This document shows, piece by piece, positions 19,911 through 30,390 of a stretch of DNA of 64,000 bases. The stretch is from NCBI GenBank assembly GCA_036677065.1, contig JAKFBS010000003.1, positions 352,001 through 416,000 on the forward strand. The letters run 5' to 3'. Below the pieces are notes generated by a model. It was not told the DNA's origin and searched no databases. It worked only from the letters and a program-made list of their open reading frames with translations. Position numbers and translations under genes: made by a program. The first letter of the stretch is position 1. Every line of letters begins with the position of its first letter. The DNA comes from Bdellovibrio sp. (GTDB lineage: Bacteria > Bdellovibrionota > Bdellovibrionia > Bdellovibrionales > Bdellovibrionaceae).

Positions 19911-20665
19911 ACGAATACGCAATTGAAATCAAAGACCTTAAAAAAAGTTTCGATGGCAAAGAATTCGTTCTTAAGGGCCTTGATCTTAAAATTCCCAAAG
20001 GCAGTTTAACGGCGATTATTGGTTTTTCCGGTACGGGAAAATCAGTCATGTTAAAACATATCTTAGGTTTATTTAAGCCGACTTCCGGCTCTGTGAAAGT
20101 TTTAGGAACAGAACTCGCATCAATGGATGAAAACGAGCTGACAAAGTTTCGTTGTAACTTTGGCGTGCTTTTTCAAAGTGCGGCGTTGTTTGATGATATG
20201 ACGGTTTTAGAAAATGTGTGTTTTCCGCTTGAAGAACATCGCCGGCAATTACAAAAAAATCAGGTTGTTCAAATTGCACAGACAAAACTAAAGATGGTTG
20301 GCTTGGATCCTATGCACTATAATAAATTACCGAGTGAAATTTCAGGCGGTATGCAAAAAAGAACAGGTTTAGCCCGGGCACTGGCCTTAGATCCAGGGAT
20401 CATTATTTACGATGAACCCACGACTGGACTCGATCCGATTTTGACCGAAATGGTCGATGATTTAATTTTAGAAACACATAAACTAAACCAAGGCACGACT
20501 TCGGTCATGGTGTCGCACGATTTAAGTGCAGCTTTTAGAATCGCAGACTTTATTGTGATGCTCGATGCTGGTAAAGTGTTACTAGCTGGAACTGCTCAGG
20601 ATTTCTTTAATTCGGATATTGAGTTAGTTAAGCGATTTGTGACAAAAGGGATGAAGCATCAATGA
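19907..20665 (+). CDS. mlaF: MlaF lipid ABC ATPase
   Basis: GFSGTGKS, FQSAALFD, PSEISGGMQKR, YDEPTTGLDP. Confidence 0.93.
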   Translation: MNEYAIEIKDLKKSFDGKEFVLKGLDLKIPKGSLTAIIGFSGTGKSVMLKHILGLFKPTSGSVKVLGTELASMDENELTKFRCNFGVLFQSAALFDDMTVLENVCFPLEEHRRQLQKNQVVQIAQTKLKMVGLDPMHYNKLPSEISGGMQKRTGLARALALDPGIIIYDEPTTGLDPILTEMVDDLILETHKLNQGTTSVMVSHDLSAAFRIADFIVMLDAGKVLLAGTAQDFFNSDIELVKRFVTKGMKHQ

Positions 20666-22044
20666 GTTTTTTCAGCACCGCAGAATTTAAAGTAGGCGCG
20701 CTTGTCGTATCCATCGGGGCTTTGATCGCGCTTATGTCGATGCAAGTCAGCGATGATCCTTCGTTTCTAGGTCGATCAAAAAAAGCCTGGTTTTATTTAG
20801 ATAACGCTAACGGCCTTACAAAGGGCTCTGCGATTCGTTCTGCCGGAATTCCCGTCGGCGCCATCAAAGATATTTCTTTGCATGAAGGTAAAGCGCGTAT
20901 TGATGTTTCAGTAAAATCTGATGTGCCATTAACCCGCTCAGCAGTAGTTGAAATGCGCGCCAACGGAATCTTAGGTGATAAATATATCGAAATCACTCCG
21001 GGAAATTCAACGGATCCAGGCCTGGAAGACGGCGGTCAGATTGCCAATGTTAAAACCGGCGGTTCACTTGATGATGTGATGTCGCAAGTTTCTGAAATCA
21101 CCACCAGCCTAAAAGATGTCGCGAAAAATTTAAATGAAGCAACAACTGCTGAAGGTACAAATAAACATATCTTGGGCCGTATCGTTATGAATATCGAAAA
21201 ATTAACCGGCGATATTTCACATATGACAGCTGAAAACAAAGAACAAATCGGTGAAATCGTTGATCAGGTGCATAACATCACTTCGACAATGGATGATTTA
21301 ATTAATGATGAAAGTGAAACAGGCTTTAAGAAAACCTGGAAGAACTCGATGGCTCGCATTGATAAGTCATTAAAAAATATCGAAGAAATCACTGATAAAG
21401 TAAATAACGGCGAAGGCACTATCGGAAAACTAATCTCTGATGAAAAAACAGCAGAAGATGTGTCATCGGCGATCGAAGGTTTAAGCGGTCTGGTTGATAC
21501 GGCCAATAAAACTTCGACGGCTTTTGATTTTAATGGGTATTACTTAGATAACATCGAAGAAGCCAAATCTTCAATCGGTATTCAAATTCAACCAGGCCTG
21601 GATCGTTACTACTATTTAGCTTTAGTGGATGATCCAGCAGGCGTTGTAGATAAGAAAAATACTGTAACGACAACTAACGGTGGCCCAGCAAACAGCACTG
21701 ACGAAACTGTGACATACAAAAATGAAACAAAATTTACGGCTCTTTTTGCTAAAAATGTTTTTGATTTTACAATTAAAGGCGGGTTAATCGAAAATGCAGC
21801 GGGTGTCGGTTTAGATTATTCGCCATTTAGAATACACCGTCTTAAGTTTTCTTTTGAAGCCTTTGATTTTGAAAATGCAAACTTACGCACAACGGTTTCT
21901 TATAAGTTTCGCTATGGTTTATATGTCTTAGGTGGCTATAACGACATGTTAAATAACACTGATGCACAGTCATTCTATGCTGGTGCCGGTTTATTCTTAA
22001 CTAATGATGATCTTAAACTACTTTTAACGAAATCCCCATTCTAG
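20662..22044 (+). CDS. mlaD: Long MlaD/MCE protein with helical stalk and C-terminal beta-rich domain
   Basis: N-terminal TM; MCE motifs (ANGLTKGSAIRSAGIPVGAI, GILGDKYIEITPG); heptad-rich middle; amphipathic beta strands at the C-terminus. Confidence 0.9.
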   Translation: MSFFSTAEFKVGALVVSIGALIALMSMQVSDDPSFLGRSKKAWFYLDNANGLTKGSAIRSAGIPVGAIKDISLHEGKARIDVSVKSDVPLTRSAVVEMRANGILGDKYIEITPGNSTDPGLEDGGQIANVKTGGSLDDVMSQVSEITTSLKDVAKNLNEATTAEGTNKHILGRIVMNIEKLTGDISHMTAENKEQIGEIVDQVHNITSTMDDLINDESETGFKKTWKNSMARIDKSLKNIEEITDKVNNGEGTIGKLISDEKTAEDVSSAIEGLSGLVDTANKTSTAFDFNGYYLDNIEEAKSSIGIQIQPGLDRYYYLALVDDPAGVVDKKNTVTTTNGGPANSTDETVTYKNETKFTALFAKNVFDFTIKGGLIENAAGVGLDYSPFRIHRLKFSFEAFDFENANLRTTVSYKFRYGLYVLGGYNDMLNNTDAQSFYAGAGLFLTNDDLKLLLTKSPF

Positions 22045-22054
22045 GAGAGCCGCC

Positions 22055-23854
22055 ATGCAAACTGCCGCCGCCGACCGAAAATGGATGATCAAATCAGAAA
22101 ATAAAGTTCTGGGGCCCTATTCTTACGATCAAATCGAAGATTTACTTAAGAAAAAGCAGATTTCATTAATCGATGAAGTTCGCGATATGGATACACGCTG
22201 GATGTATATTCGTGAAGCTGAAGCTTTAAAAGCTATTGTTGATGAAATTCGTGAAGAATTAGCCAGAGTCGATGACCACACTAAAACTTATCAAACACGC
22301 ACGACTCAGGGTTTAACTAAAACAGGCACTGTTACGCAAGAACTTTTGGCTGAAAACACCAAGTTTGAAATGCCCACTTTTACTAATGTCACTGTTGAAG
22401 ATGCCGAATTCACAGAAGAAGAAACAACTCAAGCTCCGGCAACAGCGACAGCAACAGCAACAGCCGTGGCTCCTGTTAAGCCGCAACTTGTTCCAGAGAA
22501 AAATAAAGTTAAAGCCCCACCACAATATGTTTCATCTGCAGATCCAGTGGTGCATTCACAAATTCGCGAACGTTCTAAATTAACTTTAATGGTTTTAATC
22601 TCTATTTTATTAGGGGTTATTGTTATCGCCGGTGGTTCACAGTTTTATCAAAACAAAGAAAAGAAAAAACAAGAGCAGCAATCTATCACTTCGATTCGTA
22701 AATACAGTTTGTATGGCTTAGAATCTAAAGTGGTCGAGATTTTTGGCAATATGAGCCCTGAATTACAGCGTCAAATTTTGCCAGAGATTATTCCGATGAT
22801 TCCGAAATTAGATTCAGTTGGTTATATTAATGGTTCACAAACCATTAATAACTTAAAATCTAATCCTGGCGTTAACGATCAACGTAAAGCTTTGTTGGAT
22901 ATCGTTCAATTTATTCAGTCACTTCAGGATCAAGACCTTAAAAAAGCCCGTGAATCTTTAATTCGCGCCAAAGATCTTGATCCAAGCAGCGAATTGATCA
23001 AAGAAAACGATGCTATTTTAAGTTTTTATGAAGGCAAATTCGATAATGCGACAAAAACTTTTTCTGAACTGTTTCAAACAGCAAAAAAAGGCCGCTGGTT
23101 ATTCGGTTGGGCTGTCAGTGAATTATCAAGACCAACGTCAAATTCTGAAGTAGAAAGTTTACTAAATCATGAGATCACGATGTACACAGATACGCATATT
23201 GATTTCAAAAAAGAACTTTTACTGATTAACATGCTTTTAGATAAACGCACCAACCGCGAAGAAAGATTTAATAGCGATTACAAAAGTTTCACAGCGATGC
23301 CATTGAATTTTCGCCAAAAGTTTCAAATTCCATTGTCTGTATTTAGCGGAATTTATTCAATGTTTACCTTGCGGCCGACTTTTGAAAAATTAAAACCATT
23401 TTTAGCGGCGACACCAAAAATGGTGATAGAAACTCACATTAAACTAGAGCTCGGCGAGATTTCTGCAGCTCAAACCTTGTATGCAAATTATAACACGCTG
23501 ATTGAAGACCCGGCAGAGCGTGCGAATTTGCGCCTGCAGCTAGATTTTGCATTAAAGGATTACTCAGCGGTTATTGCCCAGGAAAAAACCTTAGATATTT
23601 CTAAGTTAAATACAGCAAGCCATTACGTTTTATTATTAGCTAAACAAAGATCAAAAGATTCGTCAGCAACCTTAATTGATGACGGTGTCACAAAACATGT
23701 TAACTATTTGCGAACTGAAAATAATGTTTTAGGTTTGTGGTCGCAGCTATTGGTTATTCAGGAACCTGCTAAAAAAGTATCTTTTGTTCAGGCTAACTCT
23801 GGCGCAGGAGAAGACTTTATTCCATTCTTAGAGATTAAGGGATCTGGCGAGTGA
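22055..23854 (+). CDS. GYF_2-like domain, single TM, TPR-like periplasmic protein
   Basis: WMIKSENKVLGPYSYDQIEDLL...W is a GYF_2 pattern; one TM; helical repeats. Confidence 0.7.
   Translation: MQTAAADRKWMIKSENKVLGPYSYDQIEDLLKKKQISLIDEVRDMDTRWMYIREAEALKAIVDEIREELARVDDHTKTYQTRTTQGLTKTGTVTQELLAENTKFEMPTFTNVTVEDAEFTEEETTQAPATATATATAVAPVKPQLVPEKNKVKAPPQYVSSADPVVHSQIRERSKLTLMVLISILLGVIVIAGGSQFYQNKEKKKQEQQSITSIRKYSLYGLESKVVEIFGNMSPELQRQILPEIIPMIPKLDSVGYINGSQTINNLKSNPGVNDQRKALLDIVQFIQSLQDQDLKKARESLIRAKDLDPSSELIKENDAILSFYEGKFDNATKTFSELFQTAKKGRWLFGWAVSELSRPTSNSEVESLLNHEITMYTDTHIDFKKELLLINMLLDKRTNREERFNSDYKSFTAMPLNFRQKFQIPLSVFSGIYSMFTLRPTFEKLKPFLAATPKMVIETHIKLELGEISAAQTLYANYNTLIEDPAERANLRLQLDFALKDYSAVIAQEKTLDISKLNTASHYVLLLAKQRSKDSSATLIDDGVTKHVNYLRTENNVLGLWSQLLVIQEPAKKVSFVQANSGAGEDFIPFLEIKGSGE
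22439..22462 (+). repeat. Coding hexamer tandem repeat (GCRACA)x4
   Basis: GCAACA GCGACA GCAACA GCAACA encodes ATATATAT in a linker. Confidence 0.6.
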
Positions 23855-24498
23855 AAATTTTAATCGCTCTTGCGGGTTTGATTGTTATGTTATCAGCTTG
23901 TGAGAAGGCCATAGAATCAAAGCCTAAAATTATTACGAATAATTCACTGGCCAACGACTTCAAAGTGCCTGAAGCGATCTTTACCGCAATTAAAAAGAAT
24001 TTAGGTGAAGGCCTCACCATAGAGCCTGAATACATTTTTACTGATTTAGAAGTAGAAGTGCATACCGATCAGAAATCAGTGTTAAGTTATTCCAGATTAT
24101 TATTCAAATTGCCTAATGGTGGTGGTGCTATTGATTTAAAAGACTATGTCACCGGTGAAGGCAGTTTTTATTTACGTTTTCCGCCCGAGCAGTTTGAAGC
24201 TAAACCAGAATTAGCTTTCTTGTTTTACATCAGTGATTCGCCCAAAGTGAAAATCCATGATGAAGAATATGGCTTAGGCTGTGGTCAATGGGCGGATTTG
24301 AAGCCTAAATTCAGTAAACTTCAGGATAAAACCTTTTTAAAGTTGAATTCGATCAATCACACTTATGCGCATGTGCTCTCGGGACAGTATATATTTGTGT
24401 TTAAAAAGGGAATTCAATATTATCTGACGCATTTAAATCTATTCGATTCGCGTTACAGCGATAAGATGTGTTCAACGATCTTTACGATTGAGAAGTAA
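23851..24498 (+). CDS. Putative lipoprotein
   Basis: MKILIALAGLIVMLSA-C lipobox; GTGA overlap with upstream gene. Confidence 0.8.
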   Translation: MKILIALAGLIVMLSACEKAIESKPKIITNNSLANDFKVPEAIFTAIKKNLGEGLTIEPEYIFTDLEVEVHTDQKSVLSYSRLLFKLPNGGGAIDLKDYVTGEGSFYLRFPPEQFEAKPELAFLFYISDSPKVKIHDEEYGLGCGQWADLKPKFSKLQDKTFLKLNSINHTYAHVLSGQYIFVFKKGIQYYLTHLNLFDSRYSDKMCSTIFTIEK

Positions 24499-24500
24499 TT

Positions 24501-25481
24501 ATGACGACACCGATTAAAAATTTAAATGATAAAGACCCGGTTCAAGACCGTATTTTTTTAGTTAAAGATAAAATCTTAGGTGTTGGAAAAACCGGAAAAA
24601 CTTTTTTAACAGTTTTAATTGGTGACCAGTCCGGTCAGCTTGATGGCCGAATCTGGGATAATATCGAAGAAGTCAGCACCAGGTTTGAAATCGGTGATTT
24701 AATCAAAATCAAGGGTGTGATTCAGATTTATAATCAGCGTAAACAGTTGATCGTGCACCGGCTAGAAAAAGTCGAAGATGCGACAATTAATAAAGATGAT
24801 TATAAAATCAAAGAGCGCCACCTTGATACTCATGCTCTGTATTCTGAACTTTATCAGATGGTGCAAGACATCGAAATCCAGCCGCTGAAGCAGTTGATGC
24901 TTGATTGCATACAGGACGAAGAAATTAAGCCGCGTTTATTAAAAGCACCTGCGGCAAAGACCATTCATCATGCTCATCGTGGCGGATTGATCGAACATAT
25001 TGTCTCGATTTGTAAAGTGATGCAGTTTATGGCGTCACATTATAATTATTTAAATAAAGATCTTTTAATTTTCGGGGCTATATTTCACGATTTAGGTAAA
25101 ATCTGGGAGCTCGATCAAACCGAGCAACAACAAATCTATTACACTAATCAAGGCCAAATGCTTGGGCATATGTTGTTAGCCTGTGAATTAGTTGAAAAAA
25201 AATCACAAAGAATTCTGGGTTTTCCTGAAGATCTGCGTACAGTTTTAAAACATATTATTTTAGCTCATCACGGTAAACTTGAATACGGTTCACCGAAAGT
25301 GCCGATGTTTCCCGAAGCCCTTGTTGTTGCCATGATTGATGACATGGACTCTAAAATGGACACGATGATGTCTTTTATCAACCAAGAACGACAAAGTGGT
25401 GAATCATGGTCACGCTACAATGAAAACTTTGAGCGTTATTTTTTATTGGATGATTTAAAAACGAAATGGAATTCAAAGTGA
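24501..25481 (+). CDS. yhaM: 3'-5' exoribonuclease YhaM family (OB-fold + HD)
   Basis: N-terminal OB fold; [40 protein letters not shown]. Confidence 0.88.
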   Translation: MTTPIKNLNDKDPVQDRIFLVKDKILGVGKTGKTFLTVLIGDQSGQLDGRIWDNIEEVSTRFEIGDLIKIKGVIQIYNQRKQLIVHRLEKVEDATINKDDYKIKERHLDTHALYSELYQMVQDIEIQPLKQLMLDCIQDEEIKPRLLKAPAAKTIHHAHRGGLIEHIVSICKVMQFMASHYNYLNKDLLIFGAIFHDLGKIWELDQTEQQQIYYTNQGQMLGHMLLACELVEKKSQRILGFPEDLRTVLKHIILAHHGKLEYGSPKVPMFPEALVVAMIDDMDSKMDTMMSFINQERQSGESWSRYNENFERYFLLDDLKTKWNSK

Positions 25482-25975
25482 TTACTTTTCTTCGCGCTTA
25501 TAAGAGTTACGACCCTGCCGCTAAATCGATGTTAGAGATTTTTTTATTATATCCAGGTCCACGTGCGATCTTTTTTCATCGTATTGCGCACGGCCTTTAC
25601 CAATGCCGGTTATTTTTTATTGCACGCCTTGTGGCAGATATCTCGCGCACCTTAACTGGAATCGAAATTCATCCCGGAGCAAAACTGGGAAAACGTTTAG
25701 TGATCGATCACGGCGTAGGCTGTGTGATTGGTGAAACGGCAGAAGTCGGCGATGACTGCGTGATTTTTCACGGCGTTACCCTGGGCGGAATGAAGTTCGA
25801 ACCGGTTAAGCGGCATCCGACCGTGGGAAATAACGTTCTTATCGGAACGGGAGCTAAGATTTTAGGTCCTATTCTGATTGGCGATAACACAAAAATCGGT
25901 GCCAATGCCGTAGTGATTAAAGACGTGCCGCAAAATTCTGTGATCGTGGCTCCGCAATCAGTGATTTTAAAATAA
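25466..25975 (+). CDS. cysE: Serine O-acetyltransferase
   Basis: [39 protein letters not shown]. Confidence 0.93.
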   Translation: MEFKVITFLRAYKSYDPAAKSMLEIFLLYPGPRAIFFHRIAHGLYQCRLFFIARLVADISRTLTGIEIHPGAKLGKRLVIDHGVGCVIGETAEVGDDCVIFHGVTLGGMKFEPVKRHPTVGNNVLIGTGAKILGPILIGDNTKIGANAVVIKDVPQNSVIVAPQSVILK

Positions 25976-26422
25976 AGAAATCAGATAAACCGTTAAACGG
26001 TACAAGCCATAAAAACACGCGACGATAAAAGCTAAATACGTACCTAAGATCGCAAGATTGGCAACGATCGAACGTTTAACTGTGCTTTTAGGATTTTCAA
26101 GATAGTTATTTAAAATTTTATAATTTTTGGCATTGGCTTTCCAAAAAACATCGGCCAAGTTGCCAAACACCGGAATAGCCGTAATTAACATATCGACGCT
26201 GATGTTTAACAGCATACGAAATAAAACAATCGCCGATACGCCATGAAATGCCGAATAGCCTACAGTAAATAATGAAATAAATGTCGTGGTTAAATTACCC
26301 CAAAATGGCAATAGACCTAATATAAAATCTAAACCAAAACTGATTCCAAAAAATTCGTACTTATTATCCATAAGCACGCTGATTTTATATAATAAAGGAT
26401 GTTTTTCTTTAAGTGTCTTCAT
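25967..26422 (-). CDS. DUF4112-like membrane protein
   Basis: LMD...[14 protein letters not shown]...RMLLNISVD...[15 protein letters not shown]. Confidence 0.8.
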   Translation of the reverse strand: MKTLKEKHPLLYKISVLMDNKYEFFGISFGLDFILGLLPFWGNLTTTFISLFTVGYSAFHGVSAIVLFRMLLNISVDMLITAIPVFGNLADVFWKANAKNYKILNNYLENPKSTVKRSIVANLAILGTYLAFIVACFYGLYRLTVYLISLF

Positions 26423-26430
26423 AATTCACC

Positions 26431-28872
26431 TTATATTGAGGGGTCTTCGGGCCAGTCATGTTTAGGGTATCTGGCGCGCAGATCTTTACGAACATCAGTG
26501 TAGCTGCTTTTCCAGAAAAGCCCCAGTTGACTGGTAATCTGAGCAGGTCGCATGTTTGGTGCCAATAATTCTAAAGTCAGCGTAAATTTACCATGGCAGA
26601 TTTTGGGAGTATCTTTCCATCCGAAGGCATCTTGAATCTTAAGCGAGATCATAGGTGCTTTATCATCGGTGTAATTCACATCGTGGCTGCGCCCACGGTT
26701 GGATTTAACACTATCAGGCAGATTTTGTAAAAGATCGCTTAAAGCATCGTTTAAGACCTGATAACTTAAATAAAATAGGTCACAGTTTTTATAATCTTCG
26801 AAATTGTCATAACCTTCTAGAATGTAGTCGGTTATTAAAGTTTCAAAATTTTCAATCTGCTGTTTGCTTTCATCACTTAATGTTGAATCTTTGCGGTTAA
26901 GAAAGTTTAAGCGATCTTTAATTTTTTCATAATTGGGGTGAATCTTTAAAAAATCCAGAGGAGTTTTTTTAAAAAAAGCTTGCCAGTTTTTTTGTAATTC
27001 ATCTTTACTCAAACGCGATTTGCCATAGTCATTTAAAACAAAAGTTTCAAATTTTAACTGTTCAGTTTTAAAAAACTCATTTTTTTCGAAATCATAATGA
27101 ACTTCGCTTTGTTTTTTGGCCAGCGGTGCAAAAATTTCTTGCGCCAGTTTTTTATCAAAACCCAAAGCACAAACCACTTGGGTAAACTGCGAATGATTTT
27201 CGCGGCCAGCCAGGGCAATAAAAAAATCAGAACTTGCCGCTTGAGAGCCTGCATTCACCTGAAGACCTCGACCGAACATCGAGACTGCATTGGTTTTATT
27301 TTTAACAAAGGCCACTTTTTCAGGAAAAAACGCCGCATAAATCTGAATAAGCGTATTTTCGAAAGAATCAGATTGAGCTTTTTTGCCAGTCACTTTGCAG
27401 CTTGCCAAAATTTGCTGGTAAATGCGCTCACTAGAAAAATCCAAAGACCCGCTATCAATGATCTTAGCCACATCAGAACCATTAAAATTCTTATTTTTCT
27501 CTAAAACAGATTCAACACTGCCAGATTCTAATACGGCAATAAGTTTTGCCGATTCTTTTTCGAAACCATGTTGGCTCAATTCATAATGCAGAATTGAGTT
27601 TTCAACCGAGAGCGGCCATTTAGAAACTAAACCAGCTAGGGGAGTTAATGCCGATTTCTCAGTGATTAAATTCCATTTTAATAATTTCTGACGGGCTTGT
27701 TTGATGGCAAATGACGAAGGTTTTGTTAACCACGAAAAAGATTCTAAATCTAAAACCTCTTGTTGGTGTAATACTAATGATTCTTCTAACAATGAGGTTT
27801 TTAAAATCTCGGGTTCAATTTGTTCTTTCATCGACATTTCATCTGTGCCATGCCAAAGCTTAAAACAATAACCTTGCTGTTCACGGGCAGCACGGCCAGC
27901 GCGCTGTTTTGCAGAAAAGAGTGAAATACGCTGTAAGTCTAAGCCTGAAAATCCTACTTTGTTTTCAAGATATGATTTTTTCTCTAAGCCAGAATCAATC
28001 ACGCAATCCAAGCCAGAAACGGTGATCGAAGATTCTGCAACGTTCGTACTTAAAATTATTCGTCTTCCTAGGCCTGTGTCATTGCGAACAATTTGTTTTT
28101 GCTCGCTCAAGCTTAACGAGCCATGTAAGATTTCGATGCGATTTTGTGTGAATAACGGCTGAATAATATTTCTAAAGCGATTAATTTCACGCTGCCCAGG
28201 TAAGAACACCAAAATATCTTTATGCGCTGTTTTCCAGGCTTTTAAAAGGGTGTCTTTTAAATGATTAAAAAACAAATCATCACAAATGAGTTTTTGATTT
28301 TTATCAGAATAAATTATTTCAAGCTTGTGTGGCGGGGCCTCAACAGTGATTGTTTCGCTATCGCCTAAAAAGTTTTGCAGCTGCTGCACGTTTAAGGTTG
28401 CAGACATCACTAATAATTGCAGTTTGCGGCCTAAAACCTTTTGCTCAAACCCTAAACCCAGGATCATATCGATTGAACTAGAGCGTTCATGAAACTCATC
28501 AATAATTAACGTGTGAATTTCATCCCAAAAACCAGGGGATTGAATGCGTTTTAAAAACAAACCCTCAGTCATAAAAATCAGTTGAGTTTTATTTGAAGCT
28601 TTATTTTCAAAGCGTACTTGATAACCGACGTCTTCACCTAATATCCAGTTATTCTCTGAAGCAATACGATCAGCAGCTGATAGTGCTGAAACTCGCTTTG
28701 GAACAATGACGATAATTTTCTGTGAAGTTTGGCCTTTGATCGCCTTTAATAAATGCGCGGGTACACGAGTCGTTTTACCAGATCCGGGACTGGCCATTAA
28801 AATCACCGGTTTTTCACCAGTGATTTTTTTAACGATACCATCCAAGTGAGGATCAATTGGAAGAGATTGCAC
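26431..28872 (-). CDS. hrpB: ATP-dependent RNA helicase HrpB
   Basis: SLPID, GSGKTTRVP, DEFHER, MSATL, FLPG, STNVAESSIT, QRAGRAAR, and C-terminal LLAPNMRPAQIT...RYPKHDWPEDP. Confidence 0.95.
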   Translation of the reverse strand: MQSLPIDPHLDGIVKKITGEKPVILMASPGSGKTTRVPAHLLKAIKGQTSQKIIVIVPKRVSALSAADRIASENNWILGEDVGYQVRFENKASNKTQLIFMTEGLFLKRIQSPGFWDEIHTLIIDEFHERSSSIDMILGLGFEQKVLGRKLQLLVMSATLNVQQLQNFLGDSETITVEAPPHKLEIIYSDKNQKLICDDLFFNHLKDTLLKAWKTAHKDILVFLPGQREINRFRNIIQPLFTQNRIEILHGSLSLSEQKQIVRNDTGLGRRIILSTNVAESSITVSGLDCVIDSGLEKKSYLENKVGFSGLDLQRISLFSAKQRAGRAAREQQGYCFKLWHGTDEMSMKEQIEPEILKTSLLEESLVLHQQEVLDLESFSWLTKPSSFAIKQARQKLLKWNLITEKSALTPLAGLVSKWPLSVENSILHYELSQHGFEKESAKLIAVLESGSVESVLEKNKNFNGSDVAKIIDSGSLDFSSERIYQQILASCKVTGKKAQSDSFENTLIQIYAAFFPEKVAFVKNKTNAVSMFGRGLQVNAGSQAASSDFFIALAGRENHSQFTQVVCALGFDKKLAQEIFAPLAKKQSEVHYDFEKNEFFKTEQLKFETFVLNDYGKSRLSKDELQKNWQAFFKKTPLDFLKIHPNYEKIKDRLNFLNRKDSTLSDESKQQIENFETLITDYILEGYDNFEDYKNCDLFYLSYQVLNDALSDLLQNLPDSVKSNRGRSHDVNYTDDKAPMISLKIQDAFGWKDTPKICHGKFTLTLELLAPNMRPAQITSQLGLFWKSSYTDVRKDLRARYPKHDWPEDPSI

Positions 28873-29537
28873 TAAACTTTCTCGTTAGGATAAATCAGCA
28901 ACATAAATTCAGCCTTATCACGGTCTAAATTCTGAATGATATGATTAGGTGTGCCTTCTAAAACCAATTCGTCTTCTTGCGATAAATTTAAAGCTAAAAG
29001 CGCTTGGCGGCCAACAAAGTGACGATTTAATTCATCAACAGTTTTTTTCAAACGATAAGGCGTATCCATAATAACGATAGCTCTTTTTTCGTTTTTTAAT
29101 TTCTGCCATTCTTTATCACGCGATTCAGATTCAGCCGGTAAAAACCCGCGAAACACGAACTCATTCATGCGACGTGAAGTTAAAGATAATAATCCCATTA
29201 AAGACGATGGTCCCAGAACAGATTTTACTTTAACGCTCGCACGACGGCAAAAACCGATCAGATCATTTCCCGGATCACAAAACCCCGGTGTGCCGCAGTC
29301 AGAAACTAAGGCTACTGTTTGGGTTTTGCACAGTTCAGTTAACATTTTCAGATCTTCCATCGTCGAATGTTCATTTAATAGTTCGTATCTTTTGGCTTTG
29401 ATATCCAATTGTTTTAATAATTTCGAAGTTTCTTTTGTCGATTCACATAAAATGATATCAGCAGATTTTAAAATCTCTATAGCACGTAATGTAATTTCAG
29501 AAACATCACCAATAGGGGTTGCGACTAAATACAACAT
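28872..29537 (-). CDS. rsmI: 16S rRNA C1402 2'-O-methyltransferase
   Basis: LYLVATPIG, ALVSDCGTPGFCDPG, FRGFLP, TPYRL. Confidence 0.85.
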   Translation of the reverse strand: MLYLVATPIGDVSEITLRAIEILKSADIILCESTKETSKLLKQLDIKAKRYELLNEHSTMEDLKMLTELCKTQTVALVSDCGTPGFCDPGNDLIGFCRRASVKVKSVLGPSSLMGLLSLTSRRMNEFVFRGFLPAESESRDKEWQKLKNEKRAIVIMDTPYRLKKTVDELNRHFVGRQALLALNLSQEDELVLEGTPNHIIQNLDRDKAEFMLLIYPNEKV

Positions 29538-30283
29538 TAGTTTTCCTCTTCAGTGTAAAAATTTGAAACTTTTAATACCGGTACATTCACTTCTTCTTGG
29601 CGCGAGTGGGTTGTGTCTAAATGAACGATGTGAATATCAGGTCTGACTTTACCTAATAAATTGATATTCACCGGTTCGTTTTCGAAAAAATAAATCGGAG
29701 CCGTGTCAGACGGGTATTGCTCTAACGAAAACCGTTCAATCACCCAGTCGACTTTAAATTGATGATCATCCATCGAACGATGCGGTTTTAAATGCAGATT
29801 TTTTTCTTCAACGGGAAAGCCCCATTTTTTCAGAACTTCCATGGTGCCAATGCCCATACGAGCCACGTCACGGCCAGTTAAATAATGAATTTCGCAACCT
29901 GTTGTATGTAACTGTTGAACATACGGAACAGCCCCGCGGTAAGGAATATCAAAATGTAAATATTCATTCGTGAAAAAGCGATCGACCCAAAAATCACGCA
30001 GCGTTTGGTGCAGTTCTGGGTTTTCATCAAATTTATAGCCCGCACGAACCAAAGATTCTTTCAGTCCCCAGTCAGTGTGTAAAATCTCTACTTTTTTAAG
30101 CTCTGGTTTATGCAGCTCCGCAAACTCGTGCAGGATGCGTTGAGTGCGTGGGCTTACATTGAATAATGTTGAATCGAGGTCAAAAACACACACGGTGCGC
30201 GGTTTTTCAGCAGCAATTGTCAGGATTGATTTAAGACTTTGCTTCAAAGTCTGTTTAAGGCCAGGTGCTTGAGGTTGATTCAT
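29537..30283 (-). CDS. HAD-superfamily hydrolase
   Basis: Motif I VFDLDSTL, motif II YLTGR. Confidence 0.82.
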   Translation of the reverse strand: MNQPQAPGLKQTLKQSLKSILTIAAEKPRTVCVFDLDSTLFNVSPRTQRILHEFAELHKPELKKVEILHTDWGLKESLVRAGYKFDENPELHQTLRDFWVDRFFTNEYLHFDIPYRGAVPYVQQLHTTGCEIHYLTGRDVARMGIGTMEVLKKWGFPVEEKNLHLKPHRSMDDHQFKVDWVIERFSLEQYPSDTAPIYFFENEPVNINLLGKVRPDIHIVHLDTTHSRQEEVNVPVLKVSNFYTEEEN

Positions 30284-30390
30284 GAAACTAACCTAACGAA
30301 GGATGCCTAAATAGGCAATGTAAGTGTTGGCAAACACCAATTTTTTTTGGTACGGTTTGCGAGCCTAAAAAAAGCAATAACAGGAGACTT

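Noticed and set aside
22439..22462. Hexamer repeat as a phase-variation tract
   Set aside because: Only four imperfect units, and the unit length is a multiple of three within a linker, so slippage would not shift the frame.
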